A stretch of DNA of 32,000 bases from Clostridium disporicum (GTDB lineage Bacteria; Bacillota; Clostridia; Clostridiales; Clostridiaceae). The position numbers were made by a program, and so were the translations under genes. The DNA lies in assembly GCF_001405015.1 (NCBI RefSeq), contig NZ_CYZX01000017.1, forward strand, positions 43,552-75,551. Direction: 5' to 3'. Below the pieces are notes generated by a model. It did not search any database and had not been told where the DNA came from. It worked only from the letters and a program-made list of their open reading frames with translations. Below, one piece after another: positions 20,325 through 28,919 of the stretch (its first letter is position 1; each line of letters opens with the position of its first letter).

Positions 20325-21581
20325 ATGGATTCTTGTCCAGAGAGAATAATATTTCATATTGATGTTAATTCTGCATACTTATCTTGGACTGCAGTTAAAC
20401 AATTGCAGTATGGCGAAAATGATATAGATATTAGAACTATACCTTCTATTATTGGTGGAGATGGAGAAAATAGGCATGGAATAGTGTTGGCAAAATCAAT
20501 ACCAGCTAAAAAGTATAATATTCAAACAGGAGAATCAATAGCAGAATCTTTAAAAAAATGTCCTAACTTAAAGATATATCCCCCAGATTATAATTTGTAT
20601 ATGAGGTGTAGCAATGCTATGGTTGAGCTGTTAAAGGAATATACCCCAGTAATACAAAGATATTCAGTAGATGAAGTATTTATGGATGTGAGTCATTTTA
20701 AAGATAAGTATATGGAAAAAGCTTATGAAATAAAACTTAGGATAAAGGAAGAGTTAGGATTTGCAGTAAATATAGGTATTAGCCATAATAAATTACTTGC
20801 TAAAATGGCTAGTGACTTTAAAGAAAAGGACTCTGTTCACACCCTTTTTAAAAATGAGATTAAGGATAAAATGTGGCCACTAAATATACGGGATTTGTTT
20901 ATGGTTGGAAAAGTTACAGAAGCCAAGTTACTTAAGTTGAATATTAATACAATAGGAGAGCTTGCTCAATATAATCTAGAGTTTCTTAAACCTATTTTTA
21001 AAAGCTATGCAAGTGTAATTCATAATTATGCCAATGGCATTGAAAATTCAGAGGTTAGAGCTAGTAATTATATGGAAGTTAAGGGGATAGGTAATTCAAC
21101 TACTACTAGTAAAGATATATATACAAGAGAAGAAGCATTGAAAATATTATTATCATTAACAGAAACAGCATCTATGAGATTAAGAAAAAATAATAGTATG
21201 TGTAGTTTAATTGCAGTATCAATAAAAACTAATGGATTTTTTAAGTTTTCACATCAAAGAACTTTGAATAATATTACAGATTCAACAGAAGAAATATTTC
21301 ATCAAGTTACTAGTGTTTTTGATGAAATGTGGAATAATCAACCTATTAGGCAATTAGGGGTACGCTTTAGTAATTTATGTAGCAATGAATTTTATCAAAG
21401 AACATTTTTTGATGATAAAAATATAGATAAGAAAAGATCTTTAGATAGGGCTATAGATAACATAAGAGAGCGATTTGGAGATAAAGCAGTATTTAGGTCT
21501 GTATTTATTAGTTCGGATATAAAACCTTTAAGTGGAGGTAATGGAGAAGACGATTACCCTATGATGGGAAGTATATTATAG
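20325..21581 (+). CDS. dinB: Y-family translesion DNA polymerase (Pol IV/DinB-like)
   Basis: IFHIDVNSAYLS corresponds to the catalytic D-x-N/D-xFYxS region, SVDEVFMD to the SIDE motif, and there is ISHNKLLAKMAS. The length is 418 aa. AGGGAG lies upstream. Confidence 0.9.
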   Translation: MDSCPERIIFHIDVNSAYLSWTAVKQLQYGENDIDIRTIPSIIGGDGENRHGIVLAKSIPAKKYNIQTGESIAESLKKCPNLKIYPPDYNLYMRCSNAMVELLKEYTPVIQRYSVDEVFMDVSHFKDKYMEKAYEIKLRIKEELGFAVNIGISHNKLLAKMASDFKEKDSVHTLFKNEIKDKMWPLNIRDLFMVGKVTEAKLLKLNINTIGELAQYNLEFLKPIFKSYASVIHNYANGIENSEVRASNYMEVKGIGNSTTTSKDIYTREEALKILLSLTETASMRLRKNNSMCSLIAVSIKTNGFFKFSHQRTLNNITDSTEEIFHQVTSVFDEMWNNQPIRQLGVRFSNLCSNEFYQRTFFDDKNIDKKRSLDRAIDNIRERFGDKAVFRSVFISSDIKPLSGGNGEDDYPMMGSIL

Positions 21582-21590
21582 GAGATGATT

Positions 21591-21854
21591 ATGGTGAAAG
21601 GATTAGCAAAAACTATACAGATGATAGCTTGGTTTGACGAAAACGGTAAGATAAATCCTATAAAGTTTAAATACGAAGAAGAGAATGAAGGGACTAAGGT
21701 AATCTGTATAAATAATGTTTTGAATAGAAGTTTTGAAAAATTAGCAGGAAATCTTATGTGGAAATTTACTTGTACCAGTATTGTTGATGATACAGAATAT
21801 ATCTATAATATAAAATATGATTTAATAAATTGTAGATGGCTATTACTAAGTTAA
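21591..21854 (+). CDS. Hypothetical small protein, translationally coupled to dinB
   Basis: The ORF is 87 aa from ATG 21591. AGGAG overlaps the dinB stop codon and lies 6 nt upstream. I recognise no motif. There is no terminator between it and its neighbours. Confidence 0.6.
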   Translation: MVKGLAKTIQMIAWFDENGKINPIKFKYEEENEGTKVICINNVLNRSFEKLAGNLMWKFTCTSIVDDTEYIYNIKYDLINCRWLLLS

Positions 21855-21874
21855 TTAAAGGAGGTTATGAAAAA

Positions 21875-22171
21875 ATGAGATATTTTATAGTAGAGGGAAC
21901 AATAATAAATGCGGATTTAATGAATGATAATATTATGAAAAAACATATGGAGTATTCACAAAAAGCAATGAATGAAGGATTAATATTAATGTCCGGTCTT
22001 AAAGAAGATATGAGTGGTGGATTATTTATTATGAAATCAGAGTCTATTGAAAAAGTAGATAACTATTTATGTAATGAACCATTAAAAGTTAATGGAATAC
22101 AGGAGTACAAGATAGTAGAGTTTTCGCCACATTATTTTAATCAATCTCCTAATGACTGGTTTAATAAATAA
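21875..22171 (+). CDS. YciI-like (DGPF domain) protein
   Basis: It is 98 aa from ATG 21875, with AAAGGAGG upstream. MRYFIVEGT...HMEYSQKAMNEGLILMSG...GGLFIMK.ES...VDNYLCNEPL...G resembles the YciI fold pattern. Confidence 0.7.
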   Translation: MRYFIVEGTIINADLMNDNIMKKHMEYSQKAMNEGLILMSGLKEDMSGGLFIMKSESIEKVDNYLCNEPLKVNGIQEYKIVEFSPHYFNQSPNDWFNK

Positions 22172-22236
22172 TTAAAAAACTATAAACATATATATTAATT
22201 AGAAATAAGAAGTTTCAAAATTATTAATGTATATAA

Positions 22237-22265
22237 TTGACAGGTAATATTTAAAGTTATATAAT
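22237..22265 (+). promoter_or_regulatory. Consensus sigma-A promoter for the T-box leader
   Basis: TTGACA (22237-22242), a 17-bp spacer, then TATAAT (22260-22265). Confidence 0.8.
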
Positions 22266-22271
22266 TATGAC

Positions 22272-22572
22272 AAATAAAGGCTATGAAGAGAAGAGTAGTT
22301 ATGAAGTAATATACAGAGAGTTTCCGTTTGGTGGAAGGAAATTATGAAATCATAATGAAACAAGGCTTGGAGCTGCATATGGGATCTTATAAAATTGTTT
22401 ATAAGTGATAATATGACGTTTGTTCACGTTACAGAACTAGAGTATGATTTGACCTTTTAGGAAGATGGTGTACTTGATGAGATTAAAATGGTGACATTTT
22501 AAGAATAAAGGGTGGTACCGCGAAATTGAACTTTCGCCCCTGTGGAATTTACGTTCTACAGGGGCTTTTTTG
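22272..22572 (+). promoter_or_regulatory. T-box riboswitch leader (tRNA-sensing transcription attenuator)
   Basis: It has the GA/K-turn ATGA (22283-86), AGAGTA (22292-97), the AG bulge AGAGAG (22315-20), the distal loop GGTGGAA (22330-36), an F-box-like hairpin GTTC-ACGTTACA-GAAC, and the T-box sequence AAAGGGTGGTACCGCG (22507-22522). The terminator is CCCCTGTGGAA...TTCTACAGGGG (22537-22564) plus T6. Its 5' arm overlaps the antiterminator 3' strand CGCCCC. Confidence 0.92.
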
Positions 22573-22634
22573 ACGTTAAAAATACTATACTCGAATAACT
22601 TATAAAATTTAGAAATCTTAAAGGAGAGATTATT

Positions 22635-24602
22635 ATGATAAGTAAAAGATTAGATAGAAATGAAAGACCAATATTTCCTAAAAAAGCTGTTATTACTGCT
22701 GGAATGCCATATGGAAATAAAAATCTTCATTTTGGTCATGTAGGAGGAATGTTTGTCCATGCAGACATATTTGCAAGATTTTTAAGAGATAGAATAGGAA
22801 AAGAAAATGTAATCTTTATATCAGGTACAGATTGCTATGGTTCTCCAATTCTTGAAAGCTATAGAAAATTAAAAGAAGAAGGCTACGAAAATACTATAGA
22901 AGATTATGTTAGAGGAAATCATTTAAGTCAAAAGAAAACCTTAGAAGACTACAATATTAGTCTAAATATTTTTGGTGCTTCGGCTCTTGGAAGAACAGGA
23001 GAAATTCATGAGGAAGTATCAGAATATATCTTTAACACTTTATTTGAGAATGGATATATAAAAAAGATGTCAGCATTGCAATTTTATGATGAAGAAAAGA
23101 AAACTTTTCTTAATGGAAGACAAGTAGTTGGTAAATGTCCAATTGCTGGGTGTAACTCTGATAAAGCCTATGCGGAAGAATGTTCATTAGGACATCAATA
23201 TATGGCATCGGAATTAATTAATCCAATTAGCACGTTGTCAGGTAAAAAACCAGTACTAAAAAGTGTAGATAATTGGTATTTTACTTTAGATGATTCAATG
23301 GATGTTATGCAAGAGCTTAATGAGTTTTTAAAGAAAAATACTAATAGAAGAAAATATGAAATAAAAGCTATAGAAGAATTTTTAAAGAAACCAGTGATTT
23401 ATGTTCCTAGAAAATATATTGACAATTTAGCCGAACTGGAAGCTAAATTCCCAAATCATGAAACTATTGATGAAGAGAAAAAGTCATCAATAACTTTTGT
23501 TTTTGAACATTTAGAAGATAGAGATAGAGCTAAGGAAGTATTGGAAAGTTTAAGTATTAACTACACTAGTGGTAAGACTTTAGTACCTTTTAGATTATCA
23601 GGGAATATTTCATGGGGAGTAAAGGTTCCAGATAGAGATGATTTAAAGAATTTAACATTCTGGGTGTGGCCTGAATCTTTATGGGCGCCAATATCATTTT
23701 TAAAAACTTACTTAGAATCAAAAGGTAAGGATGCAGAAGAATGGCGTAATTGGTGGGAATCAGATGATTCAATGGTTTATCAATTTATAGGTGAAGATAA
23801 TATTTATTTTTACTCTATTGCAGAAATGGCAATGTTTATAGGTTTAAAAATAGCCAAAGGAGAAAGTGTGGATGTTACTAAAGTAAATCTACCACATATA
23901 GTTGCTAATAAGCATATTTTATTTATGGATAAAAAAGCAAGTAGTAGTTCGGAAATAAAGCCTCCAATGGCAGATGAATTATTAAAATATTATACTAAAG
24001 ATCAATTACGTATGCACTTTATGAGTTTAGGCTTATCATCAAAGAGTGTTGGATTTAAACCACAAGTTTATATGAAGGAAGAGGAAAAAGTAGGAACGGA
24101 TCCAGTATTAAAAGAAGGAAACCTTTTAACAAACGTATTTAATAGACTTATTCGTTCATGCTTCTATACATTGCAAAGCTTAAATGAAGATATACCTACT
24201 GAAGAAGTAAGTATAAAAATAAAAGAAATAACAGAGAAGGCAGTTTTTGAATACGAAAGACATATGTACAATCAAGATTTTCATAGAATAGCATATGTTT
24301 TAGACGAATATATAAGAGAAATAAATAAGTATTGGACTAACAATATAAAAAATGATGAATTAAAAAGACAAGTAGTTTCAGATTGCTTCTATGCTTGTAA
24401 AGTTATAGCTATGCTAATACATCCAATAGCTCCAGAAGGATGTGAAATGTTTAAGGATTATCTAAATATTGGTGATGAAATATGGAATTGGGATAATATA
24501 TTTGAACCTATTAATTTCTATTTTAAAGATAGTGAAAATCACAAATTTAAATTCCTAGAACCAAAAGTAGATTTCTTTAAGAAAATGGATTATCAATATT
24601 AA
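22635..24602 (+). CDS. Divergent class Ia aminoacyl-tRNA synthetase of MetRS architecture (MetRS-like paralog; amino-acid specificity uncertain)
   Basis: MetRS-like blocks are present: MPYGNKNLHFGH (PYxNGxxHxGH), SGTDCYGSPI (GTDEHGxxI), a Cys/His knuckle (GKCPIAGCNSDKAYAEECSLGH), FIGEDNIYF (FxGKDIxxF), DQLRMHF, and NVFNRLIRS (NLxNR). However, KMSKS is KASSS (23934-23948) and several MetRS-invariant residues differ (see findings). AAGGAGAG lies upstream. Confidence 0.8.
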   Translation: MISKRLDRNERPIFPKKAVITAGMPYGNKNLHFGHVGGMFVHADIFARFLRDRIGKENVIFISGTDCYGSPILESYRKLKEEGYENTIEDYVRGNHLSQKKTLEDYNISLNIFGASALGRTGEIHEEVSEYIFNTLFENGYIKKMSALQFYDEEKKTFLNGRQVVGKCPIAGCNSDKAYAEECSLGHQYMASELINPISTLSGKKPVLKSVDNWYFTLDDSMDVMQELNEFLKKNTNRRKYEIKAIEEFLKKPVIYVPRKYIDNLAELEAKFPNHETIDEEKKSSITFVFEHLEDRDRAKEVLESLSINYTSGKTLVPFRLSGNISWGVKVPDRDDLKNLTFWVWPESLWAPISFLKTYLESKGKDAEEWRNWWESDDSMVYQFIGEDNIYFYSIAEMAMFIGLKIAKGESVDVTKVNLPHIVANKHILFMDKKASSSSEIKPPMADELLKYYTKDQLRMHFMSLGLSSKSVGFKPQVYMKEEEKVGTDPVLKEGNLLTNVFNRLIRSCFYTLQSLNEDIPTEEVSIKIKEITEKAVFEYERHMYNQDFHRIAYVLDEYIREINKYWTNNIKNDELKRQVVSDCFYACKVIAMLIHPIAPEGCEMFKDYLNIGDEIWNWDNIFEPINFYFKDSENHKFKFLEPKVDFFKKMDYQY

Positions 24603-24658
24603 AAATTATGTTTTAGAATGTTAATATATTTTTCTGTTAATTTCCATTAGAGTAAAGT

Positions 24659-24707
24659 GTTGATATGTTATACTTACACAGATAAATATTAAGTATAATA
24701 TATCAAC
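24659..24707. terminator. Long hairpin between the convergent synthetase and hxlR genes
   Basis: An 18-bp stem pairs GTTGATATGTTATACTTA with TAAGTATAATATATCAAC (one mismatch) around a 13-nt loop. Neither side has a clean U-tract. Confidence 0.5.
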
Positions 24708-24725
24708 AGTATCTAATAAAGAAAG

Positions 24726-25052
24726 TTATTTATAATTAGCTTGATAGTTTTTTCCCCAAGCTTCCATTACATTAATAACAGGTCTTAATGAGTTTCCAAG
24801 AGCACTTAAACTATATTCAACTCTAGGGGGTACTTCAGGATATGCAGTTCTGATTACAATACCATCTTCAACCATAGACTTTAAAGATTGAGTTAATACT
24901 TTTTGGCTAATTTCTGGTATACTTTTTTGAAAATCACTATATCGTCTAGTATCAGCTAAAAGATCTCTTAATATTAATAGCTTCCATTTACTATCTATAA
25001 GTCTAACAGTTGTTGCAACTGGACAAAGGGGTAGTTCTTTTTTTGTCTTCAT
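24726..25052 (-). CDS. HxlR family transcriptional regulator
   Basis: CPVATTVRLIDSKWKLLILRDL, the winged helix, and PPRVEYSLSALG are typical of HxlR. I prefer the start at MKTKKELP (25052), which has GGAGG upstream, over the track's start at 25085. Confidence 0.9.
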   Translation of the reverse strand: MKTKKELPLCPVATTVRLIDSKWKLLILRDLLADTRRYSDFQKSIPEISQKVLTQSLKSMVEDGIVIRTAYPEVPPRVEYSLSALGNSLRPVINVMEAWGKNYQANYK

Positions 25053-25221
25053 AAAATTTTTCCTCCAAAGTAAGTAAAATATCAATTCATACCAAAAGGT
25101 GCGTAGCGAACATAAAAGTGCCTACTTTCCAAGCTTTTACACCTAATGATATTATAATGACAGTTAAGAATGCATGCAACTATTAATGAATTTATGATTT
25201 AAATATAGGGAGAAGATAAAA

Positions 25222-25815
25222 GTGAATGAAGTAATTAAATGTATAAAGGAAAGACGTTCAATTCGTAAATATTTAAAGAAGCAAATAGAAGAAGATAGAC
25301 TAGACGAAATTTTAGAAGCTGGTATTTATGCTCCTAATGCAGGTGGGAGACAATCGGCATTAGTTGTAGTATCACAAAATGAAGAAGTTAATGAAAGACT
25401 TGGAAAGATTAATCGTGGAGCTTTTTATGAAAGTGTTCCGAAGAATGCAAAATTAGGAGTATCTAAAGACCAACCTAGTATTGCAGATGATAGAAATATA
25501 AAAAGTGCTTTTTATGGAGCACCAACAGTTATAACATTATTCGCACCTAATAACTATCTATACACATATGCTGACTGTGCTGTTGTAGCACAAAATATTA
25601 TGATATCAGCACATTCATTAGGAATTGGATCTTGTATGGTTGGACGAGCTGATAAAACTTTTGAGGGTGAGTATGGGAATGATATTCTGAAAGAGTGGGG
25701 AGTAGAAGAGGGATATATTCCAACATATCATATTGCTCTTGGATATTATGAGTGTGAATTACCACAGGGGAAGGAGAGAAAAGAAGGGAGAATAAAGAAA
25801 ATCTTAAATAAATAA
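25222..25815 (+). CDS. Nitroreductase family protein
   Basis: IKERRSIRKY, APNAGGRQS, and GIGSCMVG are nitroreductase motifs. The start is GTG, with GGGAGA about 9 nt upstream. It is divergent from hxlR. Confidence 0.88.
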   Translation: MNEVIKCIKERRSIRKYLKKQIEEDRLDEILEAGIYAPNAGGRQSALVVVSQNEEVNERLGKINRGAFYESVPKNAKLGVSKDQPSIADDRNIKSAFYGAPTVITLFAPNNYLYTYADCAVVAQNIMISAHSLGIGSCMVGRADKTFEGEYGNDILKEWGVEEGYIPTYHIALGYYECELPQGKERKEGRIKKILNK

Positions 25816-25828
25816 GAAAATTTAAAAA

Positions 25829-25860
25829 GAGAGTAACAAAGTTATATTTTAGTTACTCTC
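25829..25860. terminator. Bidirectional hairpin terminator (nitroreductase / helicase)
   Basis: GAGAGTAAC (25829-37) pairs with GTTACTCTC (25852-60). Both flanks are T-rich on the appropriate strands. Confidence 0.6.
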
Positions 25861-25948
25861 CTTTAATTATAATAAACGAAGTTATTACTAACACAAGCTG
25901 TCTATTATTTTTAAAAATAGGCTATAATTTTCAGTTATTAGATAATAA

Positions 25949-27055
25949 CTATTCTAAAGTTCTTCTAGGAATTCTAAGCTTAATTTCATTTTCAATTTGT
26001 GAAAGCATTTTAGAATCCTTAGGATCTACAAATAGACATGTATAACCTTCATTTCCAGCTCTTCCGGTCCTACCAATACGATGAATATAAGTTTCAACAG
26101 ATTCAGGAATATCATAATTATAAATATGACTAGCCCCACTAATATCTAATCCACGAGAGGCTACATCAGTTGCAATTAAATATTGTATATCAGCATTTTT
26201 AAAAGATTTCATTATTCTTTCTCTTTTAGATTGTTGGATATCGCTATGAATTACCTTGCAGTTATATCCACGTCTATGCATAACAATTTCAAGCTCATCA
26301 GCTCTTCTTTTTGTTCTGCAGAATATTATGGCCATAAAAGGATTATCTTGATCTAAAACTTTGCATAAAGTTTCTCTTTTTTCTCTATCAATTGTTTCAA
26401 CAACTTCTTGTTTAATATTAGTTAAAGTTACTTCCTCCTTTTTTACAGTTACAAGTACAGGGTCTTGCATATATCTATAAGCAAGTTTTTTTACAGAAGC
26501 ATTCATAGTAGCAGAGAAGCATAAAGTTTGCTTCTTTTTAGGAGTTTCTTTCATTATAGTATCAATTTCATTTCTAAATCCCATTAAAAGTATTTGGTCA
26601 GCTTCATCTAATACTATAGTTTTTAAAGTACTTAAATTTACAGTTTTTCTTTTAAGATGATCTAAAAGTCTTCCAGGAGTTGCAATTATAAGCCTTATAT
26701 TTCCTTTTAACTTTTTCATTTGGGACCCAATATCTTTACCACCATACATAGATAAAACACCTATATCCTTAGCAAGACTTAATTTATTTGCCTCTTCAGT
26801 TATTTGAATTGCAAGTTCTCTTGTAGGAGAGATTATTAAAGCTTGAATGCCATTAGAAGTTAATGATATATTTTCAAATATAGGTAATAAAAAGGCTAAG
26901 GTCTTTCCAGTACCTGTTTGAGCTTCAGCTATAACATCTTTTTTATTTAAAATATGTATTATACTATCCTGTTGAATTGGTGTTGGAGTTTTAATTCCAG
27001 ATTTCTTTAATATATTTTCTATATCGTTACTAATTCCTAAATCTTTAAAGTTCAT
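25949..27055 (-). CDS. DEAD-box ATP-dependent RNA helicase
   Basis: It has the Q motif (F.DLGIS...PTPIQ), AQTGTGKT, PTRELA, DEAD (VLDEADQIL), SAT, and HRIGRTGRAG. I prefer the start at MNFKDLG (27055; GGAAGG upstream) over the track's start at 27088. Confidence 0.93.
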   Translation of the reverse strand: MNFKDLGISNDIENILKKSGIKTPTPIQQDSIIHILNKKDVIAEAQTGTGKTLAFLLPIFENISLTSNGIQALIISPTRELAIQITEEANKLSLAKDIGVLSMYGGKDIGSQMKKLKGNIRLIIATPGRLLDHLKRKTVNLSTLKTIVLDEADQILLMGFRNEIDTIMKETPKKKQTLCFSATMNASVKKLAYRYMQDPVLVTVKKEEVTLTNIKQEVVETIDREKRETLCKVLDQDNPFMAIIFCRTKRRADELEIVMHRRGYNCKVIHSDIQQSKRERIMKSFKNADIQYLIATDVASRGLDISGASHIYNYDIPESVETYIHRIGRTGRAGNEGYTCLFVDPKDSKMLSQIENEIKLRIPRRTLE

Positions 27056-27184
27056 ATTATTATACCTTCCGTTTTTCTTAAGTTTCATATCATTATAACA
27101 TATTAACGTAAAATATATGTAAAGATAGATTATTTATTAATCCGCAATAAAAAAATTTATTTATGACATTATTCACTAGTTACT

Positions 27185-27231
27185 GAAAAAATTAAAGAAA
27201 GAAACTAATATGTTTAGCTTCTTTCTTTAAT
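27185..27231 (-). terminator. Rho-independent terminator of the Cys-rich gene (minus strand)
   Basis: A 13-bp stem pairs ATTAAAGAAAGAA (27191-27203) with TTCTTTCTTTAAT (27219-27231). On the minus strand it is followed by TTTTTT (27185-27190). Confidence 0.75.
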
Positions 27232-27263
27232 TTAATAATAACCTTATAATTTAATATAATTAG

Positions 27264-27845
27264 TTATCTTGTACATTTAGCACAATTTGAAACTTTTAAA
27301 GTGTTAAGTGCTTCATCGATTGGGGTAGCTTGAAAATATAAACCATTAGTTGTTGATGGGTATGCGGCATTTACTTGTGCATTTCTTTGTAATGCACAAT
27401 AAAGATTTGCTAGATTTACTCTTGAATTCCTTGTTGAAGTTACCTTGAAAATTGCGTCGTCTAGATAGCTAATATCAAGGGTTGATAATATAGATTTAGC
27501 AACTTGAATATCTGTAAGTTTTTGACAATTATCAGAACCAACAACAAATCTAAATACTGAACAGTGATCACATATTGCTTGAATTTCAAAACCATCAATT
27601 TTAATTTTTTGATTACAAAGTTCTTGTAAAACATTACAAATAGTTTGTGGTGATTCTTTTATGATTAGTTCAGTTCTTAAATCAACATCAAAATTAGAAT
27701 TGTTAGTACAATCGCTAGCAAAGTTAGTATTTAATATATCTTCACACCTGTTACACTCATCGTCAAAGTTGTCATAAGATGAAAAGTCAGAGAAATCTGA
27801 ACAACCACAACAATCATCATCTAAAATATTACTATAATCAACCAT
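27264..27845 (-). CDS. Orphan cysteine-rich protein with an acidic N-terminus (unknown function)
   Basis: The 193-aa ORF has the strong RBS AGGAGG 8 nt upstream, its own terminator, and 14 Cys. The first 56 residues contain 15 D/E and the clusters CCGC and CNRC. The C-terminal part shows alternating beta/alpha-like periodicity. I recognise no family. Confidence 0.7.
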   Translation of the reverse strand: MVDYSNILDDDCCGCSDFSDFSSYDNFDDECNRCEDILNTNFASDCTNNSNFDVDLRTELIIKESPQTICNVLQELCNQKIKIDGFEIQAICDHCSVFRFVVGSDNCQKLTDIQVAKSILSTLDISYLDDAIFKVTSTRNSRVNLANLYCALQRNAQVNAAYPSTTNGLYFQATPIDEALNTLKVSNCAKCTR

Positions 27846-28127
27846 ATTAATTTCCTCCTAAGTTAAAATATAAAAAATAATTTATCTGTTAAAGATATTT
27901 ATAATTCATTCTATGAAAGAATGTCGAAAATGTGTAAAGAAAAGTATTTTTTTGATAAATTCAAGGTAATATATTATTAATTGATTTGAGTTTTTTCTAA
28001 AATAAATAAAGTTTTAATATATATTTAGATGCGATAAATAATCAGATAAAGGGGTAAAGGTGGTATGTGTAGAATATAAATAGATATATGAATTTACAGT
28101 AAATAATTGTTTTTAAGGAGTAGTTAA

Positions 28128-28919
28128 ATGGTACATGATATTGATTATAAAATTCACGGTAATGAGATGCAGTTTGTAGAAATAGTTTTAGATCCAAGAG
28201 AAACAGTAGTAGCTGAAGCAGGGGCTATGATGATGATGGATAATAGTATTACTATGGAGACTATATTTGGAGATGGTAGTGAAAAGAGTAAAAATGGTGG
28301 ACTTTTTGGTAAGCTAGGAGGAGCTGCAAAAAGAGTAATAACTGGAGAAAGTTTATTTATGACAGCATTTACAAACCAGGGATATGAAAGAGAAAGTGTT
28401 GCTTTTGCTGCACCTTATCCTGGAAAGATATTACCAATGGACTTAAAAGCTTTAGGCGGAGCATTAATTTGTCAGAAAGATGCATTTTTATGTTGTGCAA
28501 AGGGAATTAGTTTAGGAATTGCCTTCACTAAAAGATTAGGAGCAGGATTCTTTGGAGGCGAAGGTTTTATACTTCAAAAACTTGAGGGGGATGGATTAGC
28601 TTTTATACATGGTGGAGGAACTATAGTTAGAAAAACGTTGATACCAGGACAGATATTAAAAATAGATACTGGATGTTTAGTTGCTATGACTAAAAATGTA
28701 AGTTATGATATTCAATTTGTAGGAGGACTTAAGAATACTGTTTTTGGCGGGGAGGGATTATTCTTTGCTACATTAACAGGGCCAGGGGATGTATGGATTC
28801 AAAGTTTACCATTTAGCAAACTTGCAGATAGAGTTATATCAGCAGCTCCACAATTAGCTGGTAGATCAAAAGATGAAGGAAGTATTCTTGGAGGAATAAG
28901 CAATTTATTTGAGAATTAG
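28128..28919 (+). CDS. TIGR00266/AIM24 family protein (DUF124)
   Basis: The 263-aa protein has [24 protein letters not shown], a Gly-rich beta-structure, and ...[16 protein letters not shown]. All match the AIM24 family as I remember it. AAGGAG lies upstream. Confidence 0.8.
   Translation: MVHDIDYKIHGNEMQFVEIVLDPRETVVAEAGAMMMMDNSITMETIFGDGSEKSKNGGLFGKLGGAAKRVITGESLFMTAFTNQGYERESVAFAAPYPGKILPMDLKALGGALICQKDAFLCCAKGISLGIAFTKRLGAGFFGGEGFILQKLEGDGLAFIHGGGTIVRKTLIPGQILKIDTGCLVAMTKNVSYDIQFVGGLKNTVFGGEGLFFATLTGPGDVWIQSLPFSKLADRVISAAPQLAGRSKDEGSILGGISNLFEN

Noticed and set aside
22344-22357. The two AUG triplets in T-box Stem I as the expected Met specifier
   Set aside because: In my hand fold, 22355-57 is largely base-paired (the A and U close the upper helix, and G starts the GAA of the S-turn). 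22344-46 lies in an upper internal loop too close to the distal loop. This is not a firm rejection and needs a covariance-model alignment.
23590-23772. Minus-strand 60-aa ORF inside the synthetase gene
   Set aside because: It is a shadow ORF.
25081-25140. The direct repeat AAAAGGTGCGTAG / AAAAGTGCCTAC in the hxlR-nitroreductase intergenic region as an HxlR operator
   Set aside because: The match is only partial, has no clear dyad symmetry, and I cannot relate it to a known HxlR site.
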